64,000 nucleotides of DNA, taken from the NCBI RefSeq assembly GCF_006345805.1, contig NC_043015.1:46686001-46750000 (forward strand). Direction: 5' to 3'. The translations under genes were made by a program, and so were the position numbers. Positions 11,961 to 24,808 of the stretch are shown piece after piece (positions within the stretch are counted from its first letter, which is position 1; each line of letters starts with the position of its first letter). The notes under the pieces were generated by a model. The model worked only from the letters and a program-made list of their open reading frames with translations, did no database searches and had not been told where the DNA came from. This stretch comes from Octopus sinensis. Taxonomy: Eukaryota.

Positions 11961-12615
11961 TTAAATGTATGGAGGGAGGGAGAAGCAGATATTAGATATA
12001 GATAAAAACTATAAAGAAAGCGAGGAGCAATGTCTAATGTTTCTTTTTTACCCTCTTTTTACAGAATTTGGTTGTAATCTTTGTAATTCGGAAAGGTATA
12101 AGGTAAGGGAAATAACTCATGTATGAGCTAGTTGAATAGTTGTAATGGGAAAAAGAAGGACGTAGAATGAGGAGTAGAAGGTAGAGAAAGAGATTGAACT
12201 TAGAGAGATTTATCGAAACCTGATTACAGTAATCCCTCGACTATCGCGGGTGTTACGTTCCGCCCCCACCCCCGCGATAGGTGAAAATTCGCGAAGTAGA
12301 AACTACTGTACTCTTTTACTTGTTTCAGTCATTTAACTGCGCAGGCACTCCTACCCCTACATAATCTTTTTTTACTTGTTTCAGTCATTAGACTGTGGTC
12401 ATGCTGGGGCACCGCCTTGAATATAGTTTTAGTCGAATTAATCAGCCCCAGTACTTTTTTCTAGTAACTTAGCGGTTCGGCAAAATAGACCGATAGAATA
12501 AGTACTAGGCTTACAAAGAGTAAGTCCTGGGGTCGATTTGCTCGACTAAAGGCGGTGCTCCAGCATGATCACAGTCAAATGACTGAAACAAGTAAAGAGA
12601 GTATATATATATATA

Positions 12616-12844
12616 TCTTTATATATAAAAGTCAAGTTGTGTGTCTGTCTCCTACGATTTTATAGTCGCGATTCATATCGAGCCCTTCTGGGTATTAGCG
12701 CGTGTCTACGATTTAAAAAAAAATTTACCATCATTTTTTCCATTTTAATGCATTTTTCGCTATTATACAAGGGAAGTAACTCTCTAAAAATGCTTATATA
12801 GTTATTTCCCTTACAAACCGAGCAACGCCGGGCGATACTGCTAG
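12616..12844 (+). mobile_element. Non-autonomous Helitron
   Basis: 5' TCTTTATATATAAAA, 3' hairpin CCGAGCAACGCCGGG then CTAG; inserted between A and T with no TSD. Confidence 0.85.
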
Positions 12845-12884
<40 letters not shown>

Positions 12885-13387
12885 ATATATATATATTGTG
12901 GTAGGTTATTTGTGTCTACCCCATTCTTTGACATCATATGATGGTTGTTAATGTACAAATGATATTTGTTTCCAGGCTTCAATGAAAAACATTGTCTGGT
13001 AATTGGGAAATTTTTACTTTACTTCGAAACGGGTGAGAGTCGGCAAGAAGATGGGCATCTGACTGTAAGAAATCTGCTTTAACAAATTCTGTCCGATGCA
13101 TGGGAGAATGTTAAAACGGACGTTAAATGGTGATGATAATGAGAAGGACGAACTCATTGAATACGCTAAAAAAAAATGGCGCTCAGTTCCATATATCTAA
13201 TTTATCACTGAATAATGTATAATAACAATTCTGAAGTGATTATACCCGTGTTTTGACACTTCTCAGTCCAGTAAATAATATTTCTCCAATTATTTCTTGT
13301 TTGTCATGTTCCTCTCTTTCGTCATCACTACGAGTTATTTCCCTTATCCTATAAATGAATTTCAAAACTTTTAAAATTATATACTAA

Positions 13388-13780
13388 CTAGCAGTATTGC
13401 CCGGCATTGCTCGGGTTTGTTTCGACCCTTTAGAATTGGAATTTTTGAAAAGTAAAAATTTTGCATTATGTAGCTTGTTACTCTCTTTAAGTGAACATTT
13501 TTCTGGTTGAAATACACCGAAAAATGGCTAGACAGCATTAAAAAAATCGTAAAAAATAGGGATTTTCATAGAAAAAAAAAAGCACCTTTTTGATGTAAAT
13601 AATTTTTGATCTTAACATGGTCCGATTTGAATTTTATTTTCTACGGAAGGAAGAGCAAGCCTTCTTCTATCATACTCACAATTTTGGTCAACTTGCGCCG
13701 CAGGGTTTCGGAGGAGATAGTGTTAGCTGAAGGCTACCAAACTTGCCATACACACAACTTCAGTTTTATATATAGAGAGA
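13388..13780 (-). mobile_element. Non-autonomous Helitron
   Basis: Minus strand starts TCTCTCTATATATAAAACTGAAGTTG and ends CCCGAGCAATGCCGGGCAATACTGCTAG, between A and T; near-identical copy at 31761-32140. Confidence 0.85.
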
Positions 13781-13908
13781 TTAGCTGACAATATGCCGTT
13801 AATAATGAGGCTAATTGTAGTATTTTATATATAAATAAGGTACAAAATAAGGTAGATAATTATCACACATGCAAATATTCACATACTTCCCTTGTACACG
13901 CATACAGA

Positions 13909-14195
13909 GACTTTCGGAAGCATTTTTTCACGCTAAGAGTTGCTGAAGAATGGAACAAACTGCCGGCATCAGTTGTTAGTTGTCGGAGCACTGAATCCTT
14001 CAAAATTTCCATGCTTCCTGAGATTCGCCAACACTACACCTGATTTTCTCCCATCCAATCACACGCAAGCATGTATCTGACTCATACACTGTTCACTTTC
14101 CAGACATTTGTACATTACTGCATATGCTTTATACGCACTTTTGACAAGTTGTGGTGCACCTGAACACTGTGAACAATAATTTCATTATTATTATT
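13909..14195 (+). mobile_element. CR1-clade LINE 3' end
   Basis: DFRKHFFTLRVAEEWNKLPASVVSCRSTESFKISMLPEIRQHYT*, then 3' UTR and (ATT)n tail. Confidence 0.88.
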
Positions 14196-14944
14196 TAAAC
14201 GCTGATTTTTTTCACCCCCTCCTTCCTTATTCATCTATCACCCCTTCCTTTCTCTCATTGCTATTACTAACTCTCACTCCCTCTCAGTCAGGACTATTAC
14301 TCTCACTACTTCTCCTTCACTGAATTACTATTTTCTCTTCTCCTCCGCGCCAGGCGTGATTCTGGACAAACATATATTTATACAAATATACTTCTAATAT
14401 AAAGATAAAATTTTTTTCCACGTCACTTAGCGGTTCGGCATAGGAGACCGATAGAATAAGTACTGGGCTTACAAAGAATAAGTTCCGGGGTCGATTTGCT
14501 CGACTAAAGGCGGTGCTCCAGCATGGCCACAGTCAAATGACTGAAACAAATAAAAGAGTAAAGAGTAAAGAGTGGCTAGCATATTAAAAATACCTTTTAA
14601 TTGATTATATAAAATATACAAAAACAATACACTCATTATTATATTAGATTCTTAAACAAAAAAAACACACTAAATTGCATCATAACTTTTTTTTTTTTTT
14701 TCGTATTCCCTCTCACTTTTCCCCCAGATCTGTCATAAGCTTCTATATATACCCAGAAAGTAACTAATCAGCATTTCGATAATTTTACAGGTGAGTAAAA
14801 CATGACATATACTTGTTCTGAGAAATTAGTAAAATCTATTTTTAAACCAGTACTGAATTCGTTTATCTAGTTTGATCCACTGAGCAAGTCACCCAAATCC
14901 CTGCGGATGAGCGTGTGCGTGTGTTGTTTTTGAAATTTATTTAA

Positions 14945-15105
14945 ATTCATTTAATCGTAGACGCGCGCTAATACCCAGAAGGGCTCGATATGAATCACGA
15001 CTATAAGATACCCGGTTTTGGTTAAACTGCACCGCAAAATGTGGGAGTAGTTAGGAATCTAAATCGTAGGAGACAGACACACAACTTCACTTTTATATAT
15101 AAAGA
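14945..15105 (-). mobile_element. Helitron 5' portion (family of 12616-12844)
   Basis: Minus strand starts TCTTTATATATAAAAGTGAAGTTGTGTGTCTGTCTCCTACGAT; 3' end not located. Confidence 0.7.
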
Positions 15106-15482
15106 TTTGTGCAACAACTAAAACATTCGGTTGTGCAAATTGTTTGCACAGGAAACCTGCCCTGTGTGGCGGTTTTTGCCGTTTTTGTGGATCTGTTTCA
15201 GCTTTTTTAGTGATTTCTGTTTTGGCGACTTCAAGCCATGAAGTCGTTGTTCTAAAAGAACGCTGGTCTCCTTGACAACACTTTACGACGTTGATTTCCG
15301 TACACTCTCTTCCCCACAGCTTCACGAGGGAGGGAAGAAGGGGGAGAAGCAACACAGGTGCAGGTGTGAGCATGGGGTAGCTTAAGGGTAAAAAAAAATT
15401 TTGACGTAACTTTGGTATAAGTACCGGACACATTTCAAGAAAGTGTTCGTTTTTTTTATATATATATATGGGGGGTTAGGGT

Positions 15483-16114
15483 GGATTTTTTCCTTTTGAA
15501 CGGCATTTTGTAACATAATTTCTAGGTAGCTAAAAAGTTTTAAACTTCGTATACTGGTAGAATGTGTTTATAAAACATCTTTTTCTCTTGGATTTATTGA
15601 GAAAATTCTATATGTTGTAACATATTTCGTCTTTAATTTCGAGCATTTCGGCAATTTTAACCAATCGCTGACGTCCATTTAGGTAAATAACATTCTGTGC
15701 ATAATGAAATTGTCCCTCCTTTAAGAAACAGATTGGGTTTATTTACATTTATGAAGAAAAAAAGATACCCTTCCCCAACCCTAGTATCGATCTATTTTAG
15801 ATTTAGGGTTTGTTAGGGTTGGGGAAGGGTATCTTTTTTTCTTCACAAATGTAAATAAACCCAATCTGTTACTTAAACGAGGGACATATTCATACGACAC
15901 AGAATGTTATTTACCTAAATGGACGTCAGCGATTGGTTAAAATTGCCGAAATGCTCGAAATTAAAGACGAAATATGTTACAACATATAGAATTTTCTCAA
16001 TAAAGCCAAGAGAAAAAGATGTTTTATAAACACATTCTACCAGCATACGAAGTTTAAAACTTTTTAGTTACCTAGAAATTATGTTACAAAGTGCCGTTCA
16101 AAAGGAAAAGATCC
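15483..16114. mobile_element. Fold-back element built from two inverted left halves of MITE family M
   Basis: About 15483-15780 is the reverse complement of about 15820-16114 (arms of about 300 bp). Confidence 0.88.
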
Positions 16115-16419
16115 CAATACTGCTGTTGGTGGTGATAGAGCCCGGTCAGTTCTACTCAGTGTGTATATATATTCCATCACCACTGCTTCTGTGTTTTCCT
16201 TTTTGTTGTTGTTATTGTTGTTACGGTTGTAGCAGTTGACATTGTTTTTGTTTTCAGTATTTCTTTCGCTTTTCTTTTATCTATCTAGGGAATTATTTGA
16301 CCAGCTTCTTTGGTTTACTTTCTCCGTTTTCGTTTTAAATTTCTTTTTGTTCTTGTATCGAGAGACAGAGAGAGTGTTTCTTTATTCACCATAAGGTTGA
16401 GAAAAAGAGGGGACAATAA

Positions 16420-16745
16420 CTAAACAGTTTTAAACTTCGTATATTGGTAGAATGTGTTTATAAAACATCTTTTTCTCTTGGCTTTATTGAGGAAATTCTA
16501 TAGTTTGTAAGATATTTGTTGTTGTTTTTCTTCAATTTCTGCAATTTCAACCAATCAATGACGTCTATTGAGGTGAAAACATTCTGTGCCGTATGAATAT
16601 GTCCCTCGTTTAAGAAACAGATTGGGTTTATTTACATTTGTGAAGAAAAAAAGATACCCTTCCCGCCACCCCTAACCCTATAACAGATTGAAATGCAATA
16701 GATCGATACTAGGGTCATAATTATGGGTGACAATTTCATATGACA
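16420..16745 (+). mobile_element. MITE family M, truncated
   Basis: Internal family sequence AAACTTCGTATA..CCCTAACCCTA..GGGTGACAATTTCATATGAC. Confidence 0.8.
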
Positions 16746-17019
16746 ATACGGGGACGGACAAAACAAACGTTGGGGTCAGGGTATCGAATGAGACGAAACG
16801 TATGAATAAACAATGAGAGAGAGAGAGAGAGGACTTGGGATTTCACACAACGTATTCCATATTTCTTTAAAACACTTATTTTCGAAATCTGAGGATGCGC
16901 AGCTGAAAGATAGGTATAGGACAATGCCGTCCGGTCCCCCACCTCATCCTTGGAGACGAGTACGGTGATCGGCAGGCAAAGCTAAAAAGACCAGTCCGAA
17001 ACAAACAAAAAAAAAAAAA

Positions 17020-17410
17020 ACAAGTGGCTGTGTGGTAAGTAGCTTGCTAACCAACCACATGGTTCCGGGTTCAGTCCCACTGCGTGGCATCTTGGGCAAG
17101 TGTCTTCTGCTATAGCCCCGGGCCGACCAATGCCTTGTGAGTGGATTTGGTAGACGGAAACTGAAAGAAGCCTGTCGTATATGTGTGTGTATGTATGTGT
17201 GTGTGTTTGTGTGTCTGTGTTTGTACCCCTAGCATTGCTTGACAACCGATGCTGGTGTGCTTACGTCCCCATCACTTAGCGGTTCGGCAAAAAGAGACCG
17301 ATAGAATGAATTCTGGGCTTACAAAGAATAAGTCCCGGGATCGATTTGCTCGACTAAAGGCGGTGCTCCAGCATGGCCGCAGTCAAATGACTGAAACAAG
17401 TAAAAGAGTA
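17020..17410 (+). mobile_element. SINE family B
   Basis: Full head, microsatellite and tail. Other copies at about 23655-24052(-), 24300-24570(-), 25055-25440(-), 28864-29150, 30190-30470(-), 44755-45110, 52610-52840(-) and 60590-60975. Confidence 0.92.
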
Positions 17411-20045
17411 AGGTAGGTAGGAGGACAAGAGAAAGAGGGTGTAAGAAAAGTAGGATAGGTGTAGCAGCAGAATCAGATATCGGAAGATATAAAAAGAGGG
17501 TGTGTTGAAATGGCAGGCCGAGTAGCAAAGTGGAACACGAAGAGCTGAAAAATAATTCAGGACTGCAGGAGATCGGGTACGTGATATGAATACGACCGAA
17601 AGATAGAGATCAGAGTCGACGAACGATATGATGGGAGTAGCCACGTAAGAGGGAAAATGGCACGTTTACTTCGAGTTTGCAACGAGGTCTGTACCTTTAC
17701 TGTAGAGGCAGTGGAGCCAGATGAAGTGTGAAAAAACGATTACTGGATTAGGTGTTTGTGGGATATGAAGAAGAAGAAAAAAAAGTAGAGGTGTGAGAGA
17801 GAGTTAGTAGGTTCGCAAATAAAGCTGTGTGGAGAAGAGAAAGTCGTTGATATATTTAGTTTAAAGAGATCTAGACTAGAAAAAGGAGTTAATTACGACG
17901 CGAAAACTTGGCAAAGACAACTACTTTCCCGCTTTAAAGCGGTGCGAGAGGTCCCAGGATTGGGGTTAGCCTGAATAATCTAGTCCAGGTCAACACAGGA
18001 ATGATGGTAACGATGACGTCAGGCGTAAACAAATCTTCATGACATCACGTTAAAATACAACCAATAGTTGTTTACCGGATGACTTTTTAATTGCTGCTCG
18101 AGAAATATTCGAGAAGTATTCCAACTCCCGGACGTTTTATTAACAATTATTTTAAGCGTAAGTCAACTTTTAAACTTTAAGTTAGCCCTATTGTTTCACA
18201 CACACAAATATATGTATATATGTAAATATATATATATATTATATATATATATATATTGTGTGTGTAAAAACGAATTAAAAACTTCATTTAGTTTTTTTTG
18301 TCTTCCTCAATGAATGTATTTTGTCCCACTTTCTTTTGTTTTTAATTTTTGGCCACTTGTCAGTCTTGTGTCTTTGTCTTCTGTTATAATTCTGTTCATT
18401 TCTAAGCTATTTTTCAGAAATATAAATTCTCGATCTCAGTACTTGGTAGGTACGTCATGCTAACCGTCAACGTTTATGTTATTTGGTAGGTTTATGAGAA
18501 ACAATAATTTAGCTTTGTGTTTTGTTGTTTTCTATAAGATTCATTGAAAATTAGGGTTAAAAAAAAAAGGTATAGCCTGTTGGACATTGTCTTCGAAAAT
18601 TTTATCTTTAGACCTATCCTTAAAATTTCTACATAAATTTCATCATATCGGGTGCATAAACTAAATGACTACTTAATTAGTTTGTGAGACAAGGGAAAAT
18701 TCACGAAGAAATCATTAAATAATAATTATTTTAGGTACACGGTTTCAGTTTACGAAGTACAATACTGTCAATTAATTCAAGTTTCCCACGGTTATGACGA
18801 TCCAACCAGGATTTGAACACGCGGTGTAAATTTCAAAACAGCAGTGAATATAGAAGCGCCAAACCAAACATTTTAAAATAGAAATTAAATGGTGTTTGTT
18901 TCGAATGGTGTTTCGAACTTATAAATATTTACTTCCTAGTGTCAATAACCTCACAAAAGTAGAATCGTCTCTCGACCGTCTGCTTATGGGGAATGTAAAA
19001 TATCAACTTGGATTTAACGAAAAGAAACAAACCACGACATTAAAAAAATATCCAGGAATCTGTGAAATTCCTTATAAAATGTATATGTAAATATGTAATC
19101 TCACATAAACTTCATAAAATTTCTTCATATATACTCATATTTCTTCATATATACTCATATCCCAAATGTTGTTTACAAAACGTATGTAATCATTATTCGA
19201 TGCATTCCGGCATTTCTATTTTTTTGTTCCTTACACCTAAGGAGGTAACAACTTGAATACAGAAATATATACAAAAAAGAAAGGTAGACGAAGATGTATC
19301 TATAAATATATCGAAAGATTGTTAAATGAAAGTGAAATATCCTTTAGCAAATAGCTGTGGATGTTACACTTTATATTGTACGCGTGGCAGACCAAAGGCC
19401 TTAGCCATACTAGGACCATTGTCTTTAGTAATTTTATTTTATTTGGTTTATCTAGATAGAAGAAATAATAACAGTTGTAAAATTGCACCCCGAAAATAAT
19501 TTTCATAACAAACTCTATTTAATATCTATATTTAAATTTGTTACTGAGATGTCACTGGAAGCTACTAATTATTTGTGGGGGAATCTGTTTCAATAAATTT
19601 AACATACGGCCTATTATCAGTGGTCTTCCCTCGCTACCCCTAATTACTTTCGTTTTCTAAAACGTACCGCCATTTCTCAAAAACTGCGCAATTAGGGCGG
19701 CGCACGTATATATCAAATTATACAATCGATCAATATATATATATGTATATATAGATGTGTGTAAAGACGGAAGTGTACCATATGCACTCCACCCTTTTTG
19801 CTTTTTCCCCACTTCAGATTCCGACGTTTTCAGCAACGGAGATACCAATTCTGGCAAAAATTCAGCATTCCAAACTTTCGGTTCCCCTCCCCGCCAATTT
19901 TTCGCTTTTCACTTTTTTTTTCGAAAAAAGATTTTTTATTTTTTGGTGGGTAAGGGATTCCACGTAGAGAAATACGGAGATTATGATAATGAAACAAAAA
20001 TTCATTTGTCACATCGTATGTCCCTTCAAAGGTGGCTTGCTTATG

Positions 20046-20082
<37 letters not shown>

Positions 20083-20121
20083 ATACACACACTTTATTTA
20101 AGGACTGTTTTGTTATTTTAA

Positions 20122-20170
20122 CAAAACTGTCCGACGAAAGGGAACGTGAAACTCTGAGTAACAGCTTTTG
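20122..20170 (+). ncRNA. Minimal type I hammerhead ribozyme motif
   Basis: Stem I CAAAACUGU/ACAG(C)UUUUG, core CCGACGA, imperfect stem II, GAAA, stem III ACUC-U-GAGU, GUA triplet. Confidence 0.65.
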
Positions 20171-20266
20171 TTATATTTCTGCTGCTCTTAAATAAAGCAT
20201 ATTACTCTACCTCTGGTATTTGAGTACTCTTTTTCCCACCTTGTTTCACATTTATTTGCTTACTCC

Positions 20267-20306
<40 letters not shown>

Positions 20307-20554
20307 TATATATATATATAGATAGATATAGGCAGAGTTGAAACGGTCAGAATAACACCACGTGTATGAAATATTTTGGTTGGACTTGTTTTAGTTCAGG
20401 TGGAATTAATAGTACTCTGAAGAAACGGCAATTAACAACAAACTGCAAAATTTTGCCGTGTGCACGGATTTGCAGCAGAAACCTATGTAGGTGCACAAAT
20501 GGAAAGACGTGATTAACTGCAGAATAAAACTGGATATATAAATGTCTGTCCTCC

Positions 20555-20564
20555 TTAAATATAT

Positions 20565-20607
<43 letters not shown>

Positions 20608-20633
20608 ATATATGTGTGTGGTGTATATATATG

Positions 20634-20664
<31 letters not shown>

Positions 20665-21106
20665 ATATATGTGTGTGTGTGTGTGATATATGTGTGTGTG
20701 TATATGTGTGTGTGTGTATATATGGTGTGTGTGTGTGTATATATGTGGTGTGTGTGTGTATATATATATGGTGTGTGTGTGTGTATATATATGTGTGTGT
20801 GTGTGTATATATGTGTGTGTGTGTGTGTGTATATATGTGTGTGTTGTGTGTGTATATATATATGTGTGTGTGTGTGTATATATATGTGTGTGTGTATGTA
20901 TATATATATATATATGTGTGTGTGTATATATGTGTGTTGTGTGTATATATGTGTGTGTGTGTGTGTGTATGTGTGTGTGTGTGTATATATGTTGTGTGTG
21001 TGTGTATATATGTGTGTGTATATATGTGTTGTGTGTGTATATATGTGTGTGTGTGTGATATATGTGTGTGTGTGTATATATATATGTGTGTGTGTGTATA
21101 TATATA

Positions 21107-21145
<39 letters not shown>

Positions 21146-21398
21146 ATATATGTGTGTGTGTGTGTGTATATATGTGTGTGTGTGTGTGTATATATATGTG
21201 GTGTGTGTGTATATATATGTGTGTGTGTGTGTGTTATATATGTGTGTGTGTGTGTATATAATATGTGTGTGTGTGTGTGTGTATAATATGTGTGTGTGTG
21301 TGTATATATATGTGTGTGTGTGTTATATATGTGTGTGTGTGTGGTGTGTATATATATGTGTGTGTGTTGTGTATATATGGTGTGTGTGTGTGTATATA

Positions 21399-21431
<33 letters not shown>

Positions 21432-21557
21432 GGTGTGTGTATATATATGTGTGTGTGTGTGTATATATATGTGTGTGTGTGTATATATATGTGTGTGTGT
21501 GTGTGTATATATGTGTGTGTGTGTGTGTATATATGTGTGTGTGTGTGTGTGTATATA

Positions 21558-21588
<31 letters not shown>

Positions 21589-21680
21589 GTGTGTGGTGTG
21601 TGTGTATATATATATGTGTGTGTGTGTGTATATATATATGTGTGTGTGTATGTATGTATATATATATATATATACACACA
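20555..21680. repeat. About 1.1-kb compound (TG)n/(TA)n array
   Basis: Direct inspection; produces the His-Thr-Tyr-Ile and Val-Cys ORFs. Confidence 0.97.
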
Positions 21681-22740
21681 CCTTTTCTGGGAGTGACTTC
21701 TACCATTCTTACTCTTTACATCATTTCCTATATATATTTGCGCATTTTTTTTTCGGCGGTAATGTTTTTCTCTGTGTATATATAAATGTAGATGCTTTCC
21801 CAAATAAAATTACACTTCATTTTTTTTTTTTTTCAGTAATAGGGTGATACACACGCATTCAACTATGAGGGCATCTTATAGTTGAAAAGCTCTAAGCTAA
21901 TGAAGTTCCCGAAATAATTTTCTTATTCTCTTGTTTTTTATTTATTTTATTTCTTCTTACTGACCTGTACTCGACTTATGCTTTGTTGTGAAGCATATAC
22001 TGAGTTCTAACACCTAGTTATTTGTATACGTGTGTGTGTATACCTTTATTTTACATGTTTCAGTCATTTGACTGTGGCCATACTGGAGCACCACCTTAAT
22101 ATACGCTTGTGTGTGTGTGTGTGTGTGTGTGTTCCTCTCATAAACTCGTGAAACTTTTCACATTTTATTCATCATCTCTAAAATTATTTGCTTGTTATTA
22201 TTTTCTTCTTTAAAATGGTTAAACTTTCATTCAAATAATTTCGGAAATAAAGATTATTTCTCCTGCAATTAATTTCTTAGCTATTGTTGTCGTTGGATTG
22301 AGGTGGGGGTTGTTCGTAAATTCGGTTTGTGTCGTCTGATAAATCACAAGAGCCGAATCGTCTGTCAGCTGATAATGACGGCATTCATAACGTTAGCCAA
22401 TTTCTTAGAATGAAGAAACTAGATTTCTAAATATATCTATTGTCACAGCTGTGTCAGTGGCTTGTACGGAGTAGTGATTAGTCATGAGGTTTTTAATATA
22501 TATTGTGCAATTTCAAAAGATGCGTAAGTCTGCATATCTACACAATTGTGCTCCTCCCTCTCGACTTCATTTTCTCCTAACTTTCAGAAAAATGGGTATT
22601 TTTCAATGAAATTTTCTACGAATACCTTTCTGATGGCGATTATATTGGAATGTAGTGTGAAGAAGAAAATAAAATGGTGGGTCCACACTCATACGTACGG
22701 ACCCCCCCCTTTTTTTTTTTTTTTCGAAATTTCATGTTTT

Positions 22741-23151
22741 GGATCTTTTCGGTTTGAAAAGCAGTTTTTTAAAATAATTTCCACATAACTAAACAGTTTT
22801 AAACTTCGTATACTGGTAGAATGTATTTATAAAACATCTTTTTCTCTTGGCTTTATTGAGAAAATTCTGTAGTTTGTAAGATATTTGTTGTTGTTTTTCT
22901 TCAATTTCTGCAATTTCAACCAATCAATGACGTCTATTGAGGTGAAAACATTCTGTGCCTATGAATATGTCCCTCGTTTAAGAAACAGATTGGGTTTATT
23001 TACATTTGTGAAGAAAAAAAATATACCCTTCCCCCCACCCCTAACCCTAAAACAGATTGAAATGCAATAGATCGATACTAGGGTCATAATTATGGGTGAC
23101 AATTTCATATGACACTGCTAGAAAAAACTGCCGGTCAAACCGAAAAGATCC
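22741..23151 (+). mobile_element. MITE family M (about 410 bp, about 29-bp TIR)
   Basis: GGATCTTTTCGGTTTGA..AAAAACTGCCGGTCAAACCGAAAAGATCC. It sits inside another about 100-bp inverted-repeat pair (about 22580-22690 / 23310-23420). Confidence 0.88.
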
Positions 23152-24756
23152 GACTGAAGATTTCTGTGGGTACTTTGATACTATTGTTCTACCGTCATGA
23201 AAGCCAAACAGAATAATGCCTTATTGCTGAAAAGACATGGAAGAAAAGGAGTGAAATGGAGTGGTTAAAGTTTTGTCAATATAAATGTGATGTGTGTCAG
23301 TATGTATGTATGTGCGCCTACCAAATTTTTTTCACATTAAACTCTGATATAATCATAATCTACACCATCTGAAAGGTTTTTGTAGAAAATTTCATAAAAA
23401 AATATCGATTTTTCTGAAGTGGGACATACCGTTTACATTAGCATTGTATTTACTTACTTTAGCGGAACAAAATAAAGTATTAGAAGCCATCGTGTCATTT
23501 ATTAAAGCAATTTTATTTCCGCATATAGTATCTTCCTAACATTTTATTTAATCTCGATCTATCAAGGAACCGTTCTACATCTATCTAAACTTGATTTTTG
23601 ATTATAACGTACCACTTTCACTTTGTTAAGCTAGAATTTTTTTCTTCCAGCTTTTTGGTTACTCTTTTACTTGTTTCAGTCATTTGACTGCGGCCATGCT
23701 GGAGCACCGCCTTTAGTCGAGCAACTCGACCCCCGGACTTATTCTTTGTAAGCCCAGTACTTATTCTATCGGTCTCTTTTGCCGAACCGCTAAGTAACGG
23801 GGACGTAAACACACCAGCATCGGTTGTCAAGCAATGCTAGACAAACACAGACACACAAACATATACACACACACTTATATATATATACATATATACGACA
23901 GGTTTCTTTCAGTTTCCGTCTACCAAATCCACTCACAAGGCTTTGGTCGGCCCGGGGCTATAGCAGAAGACACTTGCCCAAGATGCCACGCAGTGGGACT
24001 GAACCCGGAACCATGTGGTTGGTTAGTAAGCTACTTACCACACAGCCACTCCTCTTGAAGATTTTTAAGGGGCATATTGTTTAATCTGTGGTTGTTGTTT
24101 AAAATGCGAAGATACGTTTATAGTATATTTTTGTTGTTGTTTAAGGGTTTGTTCACCCCACCCAGTCCCTATTATTCACTGTGCATGTGAGGATAAATAT
24201 TTTTCGAGGGCTTTTTCGTTTTGCGAGGCAGGCGCCAAAGTGAAACCAAATGAAGTTTCAATGAATGAAGGGCGAAAGAAAATCCTAATCGTTTAATCTC
24301 TCTTACTCTTTTACTTGTTTCAGTCACTTGACTGCGGCCATGCTGGAGCACCGCTTATAGTCGAGCAAATCGACCCCAGGACTTATTCTTTGTAAGCTTA
24401 GTACTTATTCTATTGGTCTCTTTTGCTGAACCGCTAAGTTACGGGGACGTAAACTCACCAGCATCGGTTGTCAAGCGATTTTTGGGGACAAACACAGACA
24501 CACAAATGTATACACACACACACACACAGAGAAGCAAACTTCTTACCACACAGCCACACCTGCACCTATATATTTATTTCTTTATTGCCCGCAGGGGGCT
24601 AAACATAGAGGGGACAAACAAAGACAGACAAGGGGATTAAGTCAATTACATCGACCCCAGTGATTAACTGGTACTTATTTAACCGACCCCGAAAGGATGA
24701 AAGGCAAAGTCGGCCTGCACTTATATATTATAGTAATAAAGTTAATGTCTGGTCAT

Positions 24757-24808
24757 AGAGTGACCAATGGTTTTGCATCCACAAAGATGCGATGACTCAT
24801 CAGACCCT
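24757..24808 (-). ncRNA. Degenerate minimal hammerhead ribozyme motif
   Basis: Minus strand: AGGGU CUGAUGA [GUCAUC] GCAUC-UUUGUG-GAUGC AAA ACCA-U-UGGU C ACUCU. G12 reads A and there is a 6-nt insertion. Confidence 0.5.

Noticed and set aside
16888-16925. CTGAGGA...GAAA motif
   Set aside because: Stems II and III cannot be formed.
20347-21847. Many 120-440 aa His-Thr-Tyr or Val-Cys ORFs
   Set aside because: Translations of a TG/TA microsatellite.
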